NCBI GenBank assembly: GCA_043812495.1
Contig: JBDRMG010000066.1
Span: 1-53,986, forward strand
From: Candidatus Omnitrophota bacterium
GTDB taxonomy: Bacteria > Omnitrophota > Gorgyraeia > Zapsychrales > JBDRMG01
Length of the DNA: 53,986 nucleotides
Direction: 5' to 3'
The notes below the pieces were generated by a model. It was given only the letters and a program-made list of their open reading frames with translations, was not told where the DNA came from and ran no database searches. The position numbers and the translations under genes were made by a program. Within the stretch, counting starts at the first letter, position 1, and every line of letters starts with the position of its first letter. This document shows, one piece after another, positions 18,584-27,726 of the stretch.

Positions 18584-20188
18584 TTAATTATTAACCCGCT
18601 TTAAAATCCTTGTTCCATGATGCTCCCACGCTTTTATCGGCGGCTCTTGCCAATTTCCAAATTGAGCAACAACTTTAAAATTCTCATCGATGTACTTAGC
18701 TAACACAGGGCAATAGGTTTCCCCAAAGGTTCCGATCCCTGGCGCGGGAGAGCGCAACCGGCTCGAAAGAACAATATAATGAACGTTCTTTTTTTCAAGT
18801 TCTCTGATAATTTCTTGTTCCTGCTCCTTGGGGATATTGATATGATCAAAAAAGATCAGCTGTCTGGTTGGGCTTTCTTTGTTGGTTAGAAAATAATAAA
18901 TCGGATCATAAGGAAGAGCCAGAAAAAGCTCATTCTTATCAAGGTGCTCTGTCAAATACGATGTTGTCAACTTTACGGTCATGATCCAATCGCAAGGATT
19001 GGCCATGTAGACATCCGCGGTTTTAAATAAGAGTCGTTGAGCGGGAATTTTATATGTTTTAATTAACTGGCGCTTATCATAAATAAAGAGCGAAGCCATG
19101 AAAAGGAAAATGACGAGGAAAAGTGATTTGTAAAATTTCGGAAGGAAACGAATGGTTTTGCAGATAAGGATCATGTTGAACATCATCAGGAAAAACGAGA
19201 TCCAATAAAGCCGATAAGGAATTCCGCTCAAAAGAAACTCATGGGAATAAAATCCGGAGAAGATCAGAAGGACGGCAAGAGACAAGCTTGTTTGCCGGGC
19301 TTCTTGGCCTTTCATCTTCTTGGTGCGCTGCATATGGATATAATTCAATATGCAAAGAAGAACAAGCATGCTGAAAAGGAAATTCGGCAAGGTTGAGCTG
19401 ACATGATGGATCATGATGCCCCACAGAGTTTGTCCTGTCGTCAGGATAGAGGCATGGATGGGTCGGTCTTCGGGTAAATAGATAATGCACTGTCTAATCT
19501 CGGCGACAGTTAGGCCCCGGACAAAAAGCCAATGAATGAAAGCAGCCAATAAGGGGATAGCGACAAGCACACAAAGGCCAGTTTTTCTATTTTTAACAGC
19601 TAGAGGATTTTTTGATATTTTATCGATAATATAAAGGGAGATCGCAAATGCCAGGAGGCCCGCGCATCCAATATTGATTTTAATCAGGCATAGCACAAAC
19701 AGGAAAACAAAGTTTAAAAGAATAAGAATGGTTCTTGGTTTTTTAATATAAAGAAAAGTCAGATAAATAATCAAAAGCGTACAGCAGACCCCACCGATAT
19801 GATTATACGTATAAGTAAAGGTTGGATTAAAAGCCCAATACCAGACGCTGGCAAGAAAAGCAAATGACGCAGGTAAAATAGCGGCCAACGCTAAATAAAC
19901 AAAGAGGCCAGACAATACCCATAAGACAATTTTTCCTAAAAGAACAGTCTGAATGCTGATCCCAAACATCTTGTAAAAAAGAGCGTAATAATATGGCATC
20001 AAAGGACCATACACCCACCAGTAGTCCCGATAAGGTTGTCCGCCTTCCAATGTTTTCTTAAATGCGTAAAAGTCCCGCCCGTTATCCCCTTGCGAGAAAT
20101 AGGCTTGAAAATTATGATAAGGATACAGAATGACGATACCTGCCAGAATCACAAGGAGAATCAAAAGAAATTTTTTAACGGGGATCAT
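18584..20188 (-). CDS. GT-C (ArnT/PMT-like) membrane glycosyltransferase, paralog 1
   Basis: SQGDNGRD..PYRDYWWVYGPLMPYYYALFY; many TM segments. Confidence 0.7.
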   Translation of the reverse strand: MIPVKKFLLILLVILAGIVILYPYHNFQAYFSQGDNGRDFYAFKKTLEGGQPYRDYWWVYGPLMPYYYALFYKMFGISIQTVLLGKIVLWVLSGLFVYLALAAILPASFAFLASVWYWAFNPTFTYTYNHIGGVCCTLLIIYLTFLYIKKPRTILILLNFVFLFVLCLIKINIGCAGLLAFAISLYIIDKISKNPLAVKNRKTGLCVLVAIPLLAAFIHWLFVRGLTVAEIRQCIIYLPEDRPIHASILTTGQTLWGIMIHHVSSTLPNFLFSMLVLLCILNYIHMQRTKKMKGQEARQTSLSLAVLLIFSGFYSHEFLLSGIPYRLYWISFFLMMFNMILICKTIRFLPKFYKSLFLVIFLFMASLFIYDKRQLIKTYKIPAQRLLFKTADVYMANPCDWIMTVKLTTSYLTEHLDKNELFLALPYDPIYYFLTNKESPTRQLIFFDHINIPKEQEQEIIRELEKKNVHYIVLSSRLRSPAPGIGTFGETYCPVLAKYIDENFKVVAQFGNWQEPPIKAWEHHGTRILKRVNN

Positions 20189-21849
20189 TTTAGTGAAGGA
20201 AGCCGCTTAAAGATTTTAACCGCGTGATTTTCGGCCCACTGGGCCTTTTTGTCCCAATTTCCATAAGAAGCGATTTCTCGAAATTGACGATGGAGCGTGA
20301 GCGCTAAAGAGGGATCTTTCTTGCGACCGAAATCAAGCATTCCTTGTTGATCAAATGAAACCTGATTGGTCACAACAATATAATTGACTCGGTTATCGTC
20401 GAGTGCCTCTAAAATTCTTTCCTCTTGTTCGCGCGGCATGTTTTTATGTAGTGCTGTTTCGGGAATAACACAGTCATGACCGCTTAAAAAATAATAAAGC
20501 GGAGCATAACGAAGTACAAGAATTTTCTCCTCCGGCGGGACATATTCCTTTAGAAAAGACGTAACTTGCGTTACCGTCTGAATCCATTCGCTTGGATTGG
20601 CGACATAAATTTTATTTTGGCCGATCGAAAGCAGATGCTCAGGATTTTTAACCGAAGCAACCAAACGATGATGATTCATAATAAAAGAAATGCTTAAAAA
20701 CAACAGAGTCAGAAAACACACAAGCTTGATCCACGAAGGTTTCAATGTTTCGAGCGAAAATCCAAGCAGAAAAAATAATCCCACAATTGCGGAAGGAAGA
20801 GACCAATTTAAACGATAGATATAACCACTTGTGAACATTTCATGAAGACTAAAAAAAGCAAATAAGGCAAAAGAACAGAGAACCAAGACGACCTTCATTT
20901 TTTCTTCTTCTTTGAATTTTTTCTGGGTCAGCAGGACAAAGAGGCGCAAGGCGCACAAGACAATAAGAACGGAAAAGGCTTTTCTTATCCAAGTTCCGGT
21001 GAAATTGAAGAAAATAACGCAAACCATATAAATCCAAGGAGAGGTAGATTTCTCGATCGTAGGATTACGCGCCGTCTTGAGCGACTGGACATAATGGAAA
21101 CATTGTCGGACATAGTACGCCGGCAGAGGACGAAGCAAGAGCCAATAGATGAAGCCTGCGGCAATTAGAACGAAGGGAAAAAGAATGATATAACGACGTA
21201 GATTTGATTTGCGGTTTTGATCCTTATTCAAAATATCTGTTAAAAAAAGACAAAACACAAGCAAACCGAGGGCCATGAGGCCCATATTGGGACGAATCAG
21301 GCACAAAAGAAAAGTCCACAAAAACCCCCAGTGGGCGAAGCTTAGCTTACTTTCCTTGATGTATTTGGTCAGATAATAGAGAATAATCAAAAGGGCCAAT
21401 ACGCCGCCGCTATGATTGTAGGTGTAGAAAAATTCACCTTGAAAGGCCCAAAACCATGTGGCGCAGACAAAGGATAATAAACCGGAAAAAAAGACGGAGC
21501 AGGTCAGAAAAACAACAAGCCCCGACAACAAAATCAACAAATTCTGCGCAATGAGTGTTGTCTGAATGCTGGTTGAGAAAATACGGTAGAATAAAGCATA
21601 ATAGTAAGGCATCAGAGGGCCGTATTCCCAGCGATAATCCCGATACGGAATACCTCCTTGCGCTGTTTTCATAAATCCGTAGAGATCTCGTCCATTATCG
21701 CTTTGAGAGAAGTAAAGCTCAGCGTTATTGGTGGGCCACAAAATCCAGATGCCGACCATGATTAAAAGAAGAAGAACGAATGTTTTTTTCAAAAAAATGT
21801 TTTTCTGCATTTTCTTTTGTAGTGTATCATGAAGAATACGTCCCTTCAA
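20185..21849 (-). CDS. GT-C (ArnT/PMT-like) membrane glycosyltransferase, paralog 2 (start uncertain)
   Basis: SQSDNGRD..PYRDYRWEYGPLMPYYYALFY; clear tandem paralog of 18584..20188. Confidence 0.7.
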   Translation of the reverse strand: MKGRILHDTLQKKMQKNIFLKKTFVLLLLIMVGIWILWPTNNAELYFSQSDNGRDLYGFMKTAQGGIPYRDYRWEYGPLMPYYYALFYRIFSTSIQTTLIAQNLLILLSGLVVFLTCSVFFSGLLSFVCATWFWAFQGEFFYTYNHSGGVLALLIILYYLTKYIKESKLSFAHWGFLWTFLLCLIRPNMGLMALGLLVFCLFLTDILNKDQNRKSNLRRYIILFPFVLIAAGFIYWLLLRPLPAYYVRQCFHYVQSLKTARNPTIEKSTSPWIYMVCVIFFNFTGTWIRKAFSVLIVLCALRLFVLLTQKKFKEEEKMKVVLVLCSFALFAFFSLHEMFTSGYIYRLNWSLPSAIVGLFFLLGFSLETLKPSWIKLVCFLTLLFLSISFIMNHHRLVASVKNPEHLLSIGQNKIYVANPSEWIQTVTQVTSFLKEYVPPEEKILVLRYAPLYYFLSGHDCVIPETALHKNMPREQEERILEALDDNRVNYIVVTNQVSFDQQGMLDFGRKKDPSLALTLHRQFREIASYGNWDKKAQWAENHAVKIFKRLPSLK

Positions 21850-21867
21850 TCATTACTCTTTGTTTTG

Positions 21868-22001
21868 TCACGACACCAGTCCGCCAAAAATCATGGCGGG
21901 CTGAGTCGGGATTTCCCTCGACTTTGCTCGGGACACCTTCGAGGGATCCTGAGCGCAAGTCGAAGGGCCGACTTCCGCCTTTGGCGGAATGTCGGAACCT
22001 T
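21868..22001 (+). mobile_element. CCGAC/GTCGG double-hairpin element with a nested second palindrome (about 21915-21967)
   Basis: cgac-ac-cag..ctg-agtcgg-gatt-[cctcgactttgctc..gagcgcaagtcgaaggg]-ccgacttccgcc-ttt-ggcggaa-tgtcggaacctt; same frame sequences as the ntpI insert. Confidence 0.75.
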
Positions 22002-22108
22002 ATAGGCTAAAACATCAGATTTTCACCAAAGGTAAAACCTTTGTGAGTGCTTCAGAATATGATAGAATAGCACGATTAAATACACAAACAACAAAGGAGG
22101 ATCGCCTC

Positions 22109-22429
22109 ATGATCACCATTGAAGATTTCAAAAAGCTGCAGATTGTCATTGCGCAAATCAAAGAAGTCAAAGAACATCCAAATGCCGACAAACTTTATCT
22201 CGTGTATGTGGATATCGCAGGGGAACAAAGACAGCTTGTAGCCGGGATTCGTCCATTTTATACTAAAAAGGAATTAATCGGTCGGCAAGTGGCCGTTGTC
22301 AGTAATCTCGCGCCGGCTGTTATCCGCGGAGAAGAATCCCAGGGAATGATCTTGGCCGCTTCGGATGAAACAACCATATCGGTCCTTTCACCGGATAAAG
22401 AAGTGAAACTCGGCAGTCCTGTCCGGTAG
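22109..22429 (+). CDS. Stand-alone tRNA-binding OB-fold protein (Trbp111/MetRS beta-subunit-like)
   Basis: ITIEDFKKL..HPNADKL..RQLVAGI..NLAPA.IRG.ESQGMILAA; SD aggagg before ATG 22109. Confidence 0.88.
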   Translation: MITIEDFKKLQIVIAQIKEVKEHPNADKLYLVYVDIAGEQRQLVAGIRPFYTKKELIGRQVAVVSNLAPAVIRGEESQGMILAASDETTISVLSPDKEVKLGSPVR

Positions 22430-22461
22430 TGATCAATCGTACAAAGATGGGGTGCAAGGGG

Positions 22462-22878
22462 ATGGCTATCAAAACGGAATTCCTTCAATTCTCAACACAC
22501 GGGAATAATGAAGTGATCGACATAACGCCGCAAGTGAATAAAAAGTTAGCCGGTTCCGGGCTAAAGAACGGGATTGTCACAGCGAGCGTCATCGGTTCGA
22601 CAGGCGGCTTGACCACGTGTGAATATGAGCCCGGTTTAGTCCAAGATCTGAATGATCTTTTTAACCGCTTGATTCCCAAAGAAAGCTATCATCACGATCA
22701 AACCTGGCATGACGGAAATGGTCACTCTCACCTGAGGGCCTCATTGCTGGGACCGTCGTTGACGATCCCTTTTAGCAAGGGTCAAATTATCCTCGGAACG
22801 TGGCAACAAATAATATTTATCGATTTTGATAATAGATCACGTCAAAGAAAAATTGTTTTACAGTTCATGGGCGAGTGA
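22462..22878 (+). CDS. yjbQ: YjbQ (UPF0047) family protein
   Basis: DIT, EYEPGLVQD, YHHD..DGNGHSHLRASLLG, LGTWQQI..DFDNR. Confidence 0.9.
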   Translation: MAIKTEFLQFSTHGNNEVIDITPQVNKKLAGSGLKNGIVTASVIGSTGGLTTCEYEPGLVQDLNDLFNRLIPKESYHHDQTWHDGNGHSHLRASLLGPSLTIPFSKGQIILGTWQQIIFIDFDNRSRQRKIVLQFMGE

Positions 22879-22881
22879 AAT

Positions 22882-23041
22882 GGGACTTGGCATTCCGATT
22901 TCTCTTTGGAGAAAATTGAGGAAATCGGAATCCCGACTTCCACTTAGAAAAATTCAAGGAAAGTCGGGACAAGTAATATTTATTGATTTTGATAATCGAT
23001 CGCGCCAACGCAAGATTGTTTTACAATTTCTGGGGGAATGA
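22882..23041 (+). pseudogene. Recoded duplicate of the yjbQ 3' end (GTWQ...GE*), interrupted by a 76-nt CCGAY double hairpin
   Basis: ggg act tgg ca[22893-22968]a caa gta ata ttt...; 22970-23041 matches 22807-22878 with 13 differences, only two changing the amino acid. Confidence 0.85.
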
Positions 23042-23559
23042 TCATGGGAGAAGATCTCAAGCAATTTGTTCCTTCAGAGATCTGTCTCCGCTGTGACGGA
23101 TGCTGCCGTTTTCGTGATGAAAAAAGCGTTTGGCGGCCCAAGATGTCCAAAGAAGAAATACCCGCATCAAGCGATCAAGAAAACAAGGACTCATCCGCTC
23201 GTTTCATTATGGATGACGACGGTTATGTAAAAACAGTGCCGAATAAAGACACAAGAGTCTGCCAGTTCTTTGCGCCCAAGACAAACACGTGCCACATCTA
23301 CGAAAAAAGACCTTTGGAGTGCCGGTTGTATCCGTTTATGCTCATTTCAGATCAAAAGCACATGGTGATGGCCGTCCATACGCGTTGTCCGTTTATTCAA
23401 GAAAAAGAAAAGACCCAAGAGCTTCAAGCCTATGTCGACGATCTGAAAGAATTTTGCTTGCGCAAAGAAACGATTGAATTCTTAGAGCGGAATCCTTCGC
23501 TTGCCGGAGACTACCAAGAAGACAAAACGGAAATCAGACATCTTTTTAAGATTCTTTAA
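23038..23559 (+). CDS. YkgJ-family CxxCxxCC cysteine cluster protein
   Basis: CLRCDGCC, CQFF...C.IYEKRPLECRLYPF. Confidence 0.85.
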   Translation: MIMGEDLKQFVPSEICLRCDGCCRFRDEKSVWRPKMSKEEIPASSDQENKDSSARFIMDDDGYVKTVPNKDTRVCQFFAPKTNTCHIYEKRPLECRLYPFMLISDQKHMVMAVHTRCPFIQEKEKTQELQAYVDDLKEFCLRKETIEFLERNPSLAGDYQEDKTEIRHLFKIL

Positions 23560-23564
23560 ATAGT

Positions 23565-24464
23565 ATGACTATCCCCGGCTATTTGCGCGAAGAGCGAAAT
23601 TTATTCAACCGGTTTACCGCTCAGCGCAGTTTCGATTTATCGGCCTTTTCTTTTGTCAGTCTATTTGCCTGGAGAGATTTTTATAATATTTCTTTTCAAA
23701 TCATTGACGGAAATCTCTGCGTGTTTGCCTACAATGCCTTAGGGTGTTTTCAAGCCTTGCCTCCTTTAGGAACGCGTGTTACGCAGAGGACCCTCGACAA
23801 ATGTTTTGCCGTGATGGATACGCATAATCATGCGCGCGGTTTTTCCCGAATTGAAAATGTTCAGGAAAGCCAGCTCAAGATGTTTCCCAATGATCGATAC
23901 ACTTTTTATAAAAAATGTGATGAATTTGTCTACCAGCGGGCCGAGATCAGCTCTTTAAAAGGAAATAAATTCAAATCCAAAAGAAATAGCTACAATTATT
24001 TTAAAGAACATTACAACGCGGCATTCTTGCCCTATCAGAAGAATATGCGCAGCGCCTGCTTAGCTCTCTACGGGCAATGGGCCAAGCGCAGAAAAAAGGA
24101 GAATAAGGACGATATCTATCGGCAGATGATTAAAGAAAATTATCCTGTGCAAAAGACCGTTTTGGGGGCCTATCAAGATTTGGGCCTCATCGGTCGGGTT
24201 GTCATGATTGACGGAAAGATTCACGGCTACACGTTTGGTTATCCGTTAAATCGTAAAACTTTTTGCGTTCTTTTTGAGATCACCGACTTGGACAAAAAAG
24301 GATTATCCGTATTTATTTTTCGGGAATTCTGCCATGACCAGGAACTCAAAGCCTTTGCCTATATCAATGCTATGGATGATTGCGGTCTTGAAAACATAAG
24401 AACAGCGAAACAGTCGTTTCGTCCGCATCATCTGGTTCCTGCGTATGTGGTTTCAAGAAAATGA
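23565..24464 (+). CDS. DUF2156 / aminoacyl-phosphatidylglycerol synthase C-terminal (GNAT-like) protein
   Basis: FSFVSLFAW, EFVY...LKGNKFKSKRN..N.F, YINAMDD.GLE..R.AK.SF.P. Confidence 0.75.
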   Translation: MTIPGYLREERNLFNRFTAQRSFDLSAFSFVSLFAWRDFYNISFQIIDGNLCVFAYNALGCFQALPPLGTRVTQRTLDKCFAVMDTHNHARGFSRIENVQESQLKMFPNDRYTFYKKCDEFVYQRAEISSLKGNKFKSKRNSYNYFKEHYNAAFLPYQKNMRSACLALYGQWAKRRKKENKDDIYRQMIKENYPVQKTVLGAYQDLGLIGRVVMIDGKIHGYTFGYPLNRKTFCVLFEITDLDKKGLSVFIFREFCHDQELKAFAYINAMDDCGLENIRTAKQSFRPHHLVPAYVVSRK

Positions 24465-25285
24465 AGATGGATACTATGCATAACGAAGAGTATATTATTT
24501 TTGACGTGGAGACGACGGGTCTGTCGCCGGCTTTAGGGGACCGCGTGATCGAAATAGCGGCACTTAAGGTTAAAAATTTCCGTCCGATCGAAAAATTCCA
24601 CTCTCTCGTTGATCCCCAGAGGGAAATATCATATGGGGCCTTCTTGGTCAACGGCATAATGCAAGAAATGCTCGACGGTGCTCCTCTTGCCAAGGATGTT
24701 TTTCCGCGCTTTTTGGAATTTGCGGGTTCACGGTGCTTGGTGGGGCATAACATTGGTTTTGATTTAAGTTTTTTGAATCAGGAATTGTCTTTATTGGGAC
24801 AGAAGGCGGTTGTTTCGAATGCAGCAATTGACACGTTAAAAATGGCCAGGAGCTTACTGCCGTCTTTAGGAAGTTATTCGCTTTGGATGGTGGCTCAAGC
24901 TCTCGGCGTTGGGCAGAAACAACGCCATCGGGCCCTCGAAGATGTTTATATGACTTTTGAAGTCTTTGAGCGTTTGATGCGCTGCGCCAAAGAGAAATCA
25001 CTCGCTACGCCCAAGACCCTCTTAATGTTGTTCGGCCGAACCGGTGCCGCGCATCAAGCGGAAATCGAAGAAAAAATGGCTTTGATTGAAGAGGCCATTG
25101 AGGAAAACAAAGATTTACAGTTATCATATTTTTCGGCCGGACGCGTTTCGATTACATCGCGCAAAGTCACGCCTAAAAAACTGACTAAAGGAAGATCCAG
25201 GGCCACATTGGTTGGATATTGTTATTTGCGCGAGCAAGAAAGGGAATTTCGCATTGACCGCATATTGCAGTTACAAAAGTTATGA
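24461..25285 (+). CDS. DEDDh 3'-5' exonuclease (DnaQ-like) fused to a C-terminal WYL domain
   Basis: FDVETTG, GHNIGFD, HRALED; C-terminal Y..R.V.P..LVGYCYLREQEREFRIDRI. Confidence 0.85.
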   Translation: MKMDTMHNEEYIIFDVETTGLSPALGDRVIEIAALKVKNFRPIEKFHSLVDPQREISYGAFLVNGIMQEMLDGAPLAKDVFPRFLEFAGSRCLVGHNIGFDLSFLNQELSLLGQKAVVSNAAIDTLKMARSLLPSLGSYSLWMVAQALGVGQKQRHRALEDVYMTFEVFERLMRCAKEKSLATPKTLLMLFGRTGAAHQAEIEEKMALIEEAIEENKDLQLSYFSAGRVSITSRKVTPKKLTKGRSRATLVGYCYLREQEREFRIDRILQLQKL

Positions 25286-26696
25286 TTTCAAAGGTGATGC
25301 CTTTGATCTTGCGGCTCTTTTTCAAGACGAGCCAAATCTTTTTTTCTTGGACAGCAGCCTTGTGCATAATGAGAGAGGACGCTATTCGTTTATCGGGTTT
25401 GATCCCTTCTTTAAATTTCTCGATAAAAATCGTAACTCTTTACCGGATTTAAGAAGATACTTTCAACAGTACGCCTTTTCATCAAAAGAAAAATCTCTGC
25501 CCCTGGAAGCGGGTTGTGTGGGTTTTCTTGGTTATGATTTTGGCTTCCAGCTTGAAGATATCAAGATCAGGGCCTGCGATGACTTGGGGCTGCCGGATTG
25601 TTTTTTTGGTTTTTATGACACGATCATCACCATTGATCATCTAGCGCGAAAACTGCATATCACATCCACAGGTCTTCCGGAAAAGAAAATATTTCTTAGG
25701 CAAAAGAAAGCAGAGGCGCGCATAGAGGCGCTGTCTAATAAACTCAAGAAATATTCGCCTCAACCATTTGTTCCGTCGTACGATGATCCGGCATCCAGGA
25801 AGATTTCCGCTCAGGGCGGTCCCTGGACCTCCAACTTTAGTCACTCGGCTTATCTTCAGGCGGTTGACAAGGCCTTGGATTATATCGCGCAAGGAGAAAT
25901 CTATCAGGTCAATTTATCCCAAAGGTTTTCTCTAAATAAGAATGATCTTCTCGATAACGTCAAGCCCTTGGATATTTATCGATGCCTCAGAGCTATTTCA
26001 CCGTCTTGTTTTGGAGGTTATTTAGACTGCGGTGATTTTCAAATTATCAGCAGTTCGCCCGAGAGGTTTTTGTGTGCAGACAACCGTAAGGTCTCGACGC
26101 GTCCCATGAAGGGAACGCGACCGCGCGGGCAAACATTTAAAGAAGACGAACAACTCAAGAAAGAATTGCTTTCAAGTGGCAAAGACAAGGCTGAATTATT
26201 GATGATCACGGATCTTTTGCGCAATGATTTAGGTCGCGTTTGTCAATACGGGACCATTCGCGTTCGAAAAAGGCGTGCCCTGGAAACCTATTCAACGGTT
26301 TTTCAGACAACAAGCGAAATCGAAGGCCGATTGAAAGACGACAAGGATATCTTTGACATTCTCGCGGCGTGTTTTCCGGGCGGGTCCATTACCGGTTGTC
26401 CCAAGATCCGCGCCATGGAAGTCATCGAGGAACTCGAGCCGACCAGGCGGGGTATTTATACGGGAGCCCTGGGGTATATGAGCTTTTCGGGCCGGATGGA
26501 TTTCAATATTTTGATTCGCACGCTTTTATCCACCAGAGAAAAATTGTATTTCCAGGTGGGTGGAGGGATTGTGGCGGATTCCCTCGCTCAGAAAGAATAC
26601 GAGGAGACCCTGATTAAGGCCGAAGCCATACATCGGTGCCTCGGACGTCTTTGCGCAAAGAAGGTGAGCGTTTATTCTACTTCGCATAACAAATGA
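25212..26696 (+). CDS. pabB: Aminodeoxychorismate synthase component I (start uncertain, overlaps upstream gene)
   Basis: FLDSS, GRYS, IYQVNLSQR, SSPERFL, RPMKGTRPRG, AELLMITDLLRNDLGRV, FPGGSITGCPK. Confidence 0.88.
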   Translation: MDIVICASKKGNFALTAYCSYKSYDFKGDAFDLAALFQDEPNLFFLDSSLVHNERGRYSFIGFDPFFKFLDKNRNSLPDLRRYFQQYAFSSKEKSLPLEAGCVGFLGYDFGFQLEDIKIRACDDLGLPDCFFGFYDTIITIDHLARKLHITSTGLPEKKIFLRQKKAEARIEALSNKLKKYSPQPFVPSYDDPASRKISAQGGPWTSNFSHSAYLQAVDKALDYIAQGEIYQVNLSQRFSLNKNDLLDNVKPLDIYRCLRAISPSCFGGYLDCGDFQIISSSPERFLCADNRKVSTRPMKGTRPRGQTFKEDEQLKKELLSSGKDKAELLMITDLLRNDLGRVCQYGTIRVRKRRALETYSTVFQTTSEIEGRLKDDKDIFDILAACFPGGSITGCPKIRAMEVIEELEPTRRGIYTGALGYMSFSGRMDFNILIRTLLSTREKLYFQVGGGIVADSLAQKEYEETLIKAEAIHRCLGRLCAKKVSVYSTSHNK

Positions 26697-26791
26697 AAAT
26701 AATGGTAAATGCTTCGTAGAATATTCTTATTAGGAATAATTCTCCGAAGCCTATACCATTGTTGATTTATGATAAAGCAAAGGAGAATAGT

Positions 26792-27619
26792 ATGCGGCGA
26801 AGAATCATGTTTCTGGATGGAATGTTTATTCCCGCAAGCGAGACAATGACCAAAACGCTTTCTCCGGGTCTTTTGACCGGACGCGGTGTTTTTGAAACCA
26901 TGCGCGCGTATAACGGGTCAATATTTGCTTTTCATGAACATTGCCGAAGACTTTTTGAGGGTCTGCGAAAATTAAATATTGAAGCGCCTTGTTCTCAAGA
27001 AAAAATGCAGGGCTATCTTTATTGTGCCCTGCGGTCCAACAAACTTAAAAACGGACGTTTACGCCTCACGATTTGGCAATCCAAGCAGGGCCCGCGCATG
27101 TCCGTTATCGCGACTGAATACCATCCTTTTTCCAAGACAAAATACCGTGAAGGCTTTAAAACTGTTGTGTCCAGCTTAAGAAGAGATGAACGCCATTTGT
27201 CTTGCGATGTCAAATCCATTGAATACCTTCCGCTTTTTATCGAACGCCGAAAGGCTAAAACCAAAGGCAAGGATGAAGCAATTCTTTTGAACCGCAAAGG
27301 ATATATCTGCGAAGGGAGCTACACAAATATTTTCTTGATTAAAGATAAAATATTATATACACCTTCGCTAGCGTGCGGTTGTTTAAAGGGAATTACCCGA
27401 CAATTTGTTTTGAAAATAGCGAAAGAAACTCATTTGCCCTGCAAAGAAATGCAAATCCTTTTAAACCAGCTCTTAGGGGCCGACGAGGCTTTTTTGACAA
27501 ACTCGCTTCTTGAAATTATGCCCTTGACCTTTGTGGGAAACAAACGTATCGGCCAAGGTCAGGCCGGGCCTCTAACAAAACTATTATCCTCAAAATATCA
27601 CGCCTTGACACAAGAATAA
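26792..27619 (+). CDS. Class IV PLP aminotransferase (aminodeoxychorismate lyase/BCAT-like)
   Basis: GVFETMR, EG..TN.F, LKGITR, ADEAFLTNS; next to pabB; SD aaggag before ATG 26792. Confidence 0.85.
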   Translation: MRRRIMFLDGMFIPASETMTKTLSPGLLTGRGVFETMRAYNGSIFAFHEHCRRLFEGLRKLNIEAPCSQEKMQGYLYCALRSNKLKNGRLRLTIWQSKQGPRMSVIATEYHPFSKTKYREGFKTVVSSLRRDERHLSCDVKSIEYLPLFIERRKAKTKGKDEAILLNRKGYICEGSYTNIFLIKDKILYTPSLACGCLKGITRQFVLKIAKETHLPCKEMQILLNQLLGADEAFLTNSLLEIMPLTFVGNKRIGQGQAGPLTKLLSSKYHALTQE

Positions 27620-27726
27620 AGTCCTTAAAGCTTTCCTTTTGAGGGGACCTCATTTTTTACGTATCCTTTTAAAATTTATGAGTTTATATTTGCTCTTATA
27701 TTGCTCTATCGATATAATAAAATCAA

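Noticed and set aside
22807..23041. yjbQ duplications as DGR template/variable repeat pairs
   Set aside because: Differences are not confined to adenines, are almost all synonymous, and no reverse transcriptase is present; the same holds for 38407-38610.
22826..23041. 71-aa ORF as a real gene
   Set aside because: It is a chance frame joining an off-frame yjbQ tail, the hairpin insert and the duplicated 3' end.
25212..25285. Programmed frameshift fusing the exonuclease-WYL gene to pabB
   Set aside because: No clear slippery site, and in-frame TTG starts (25212, 25254) can explain the overlap.
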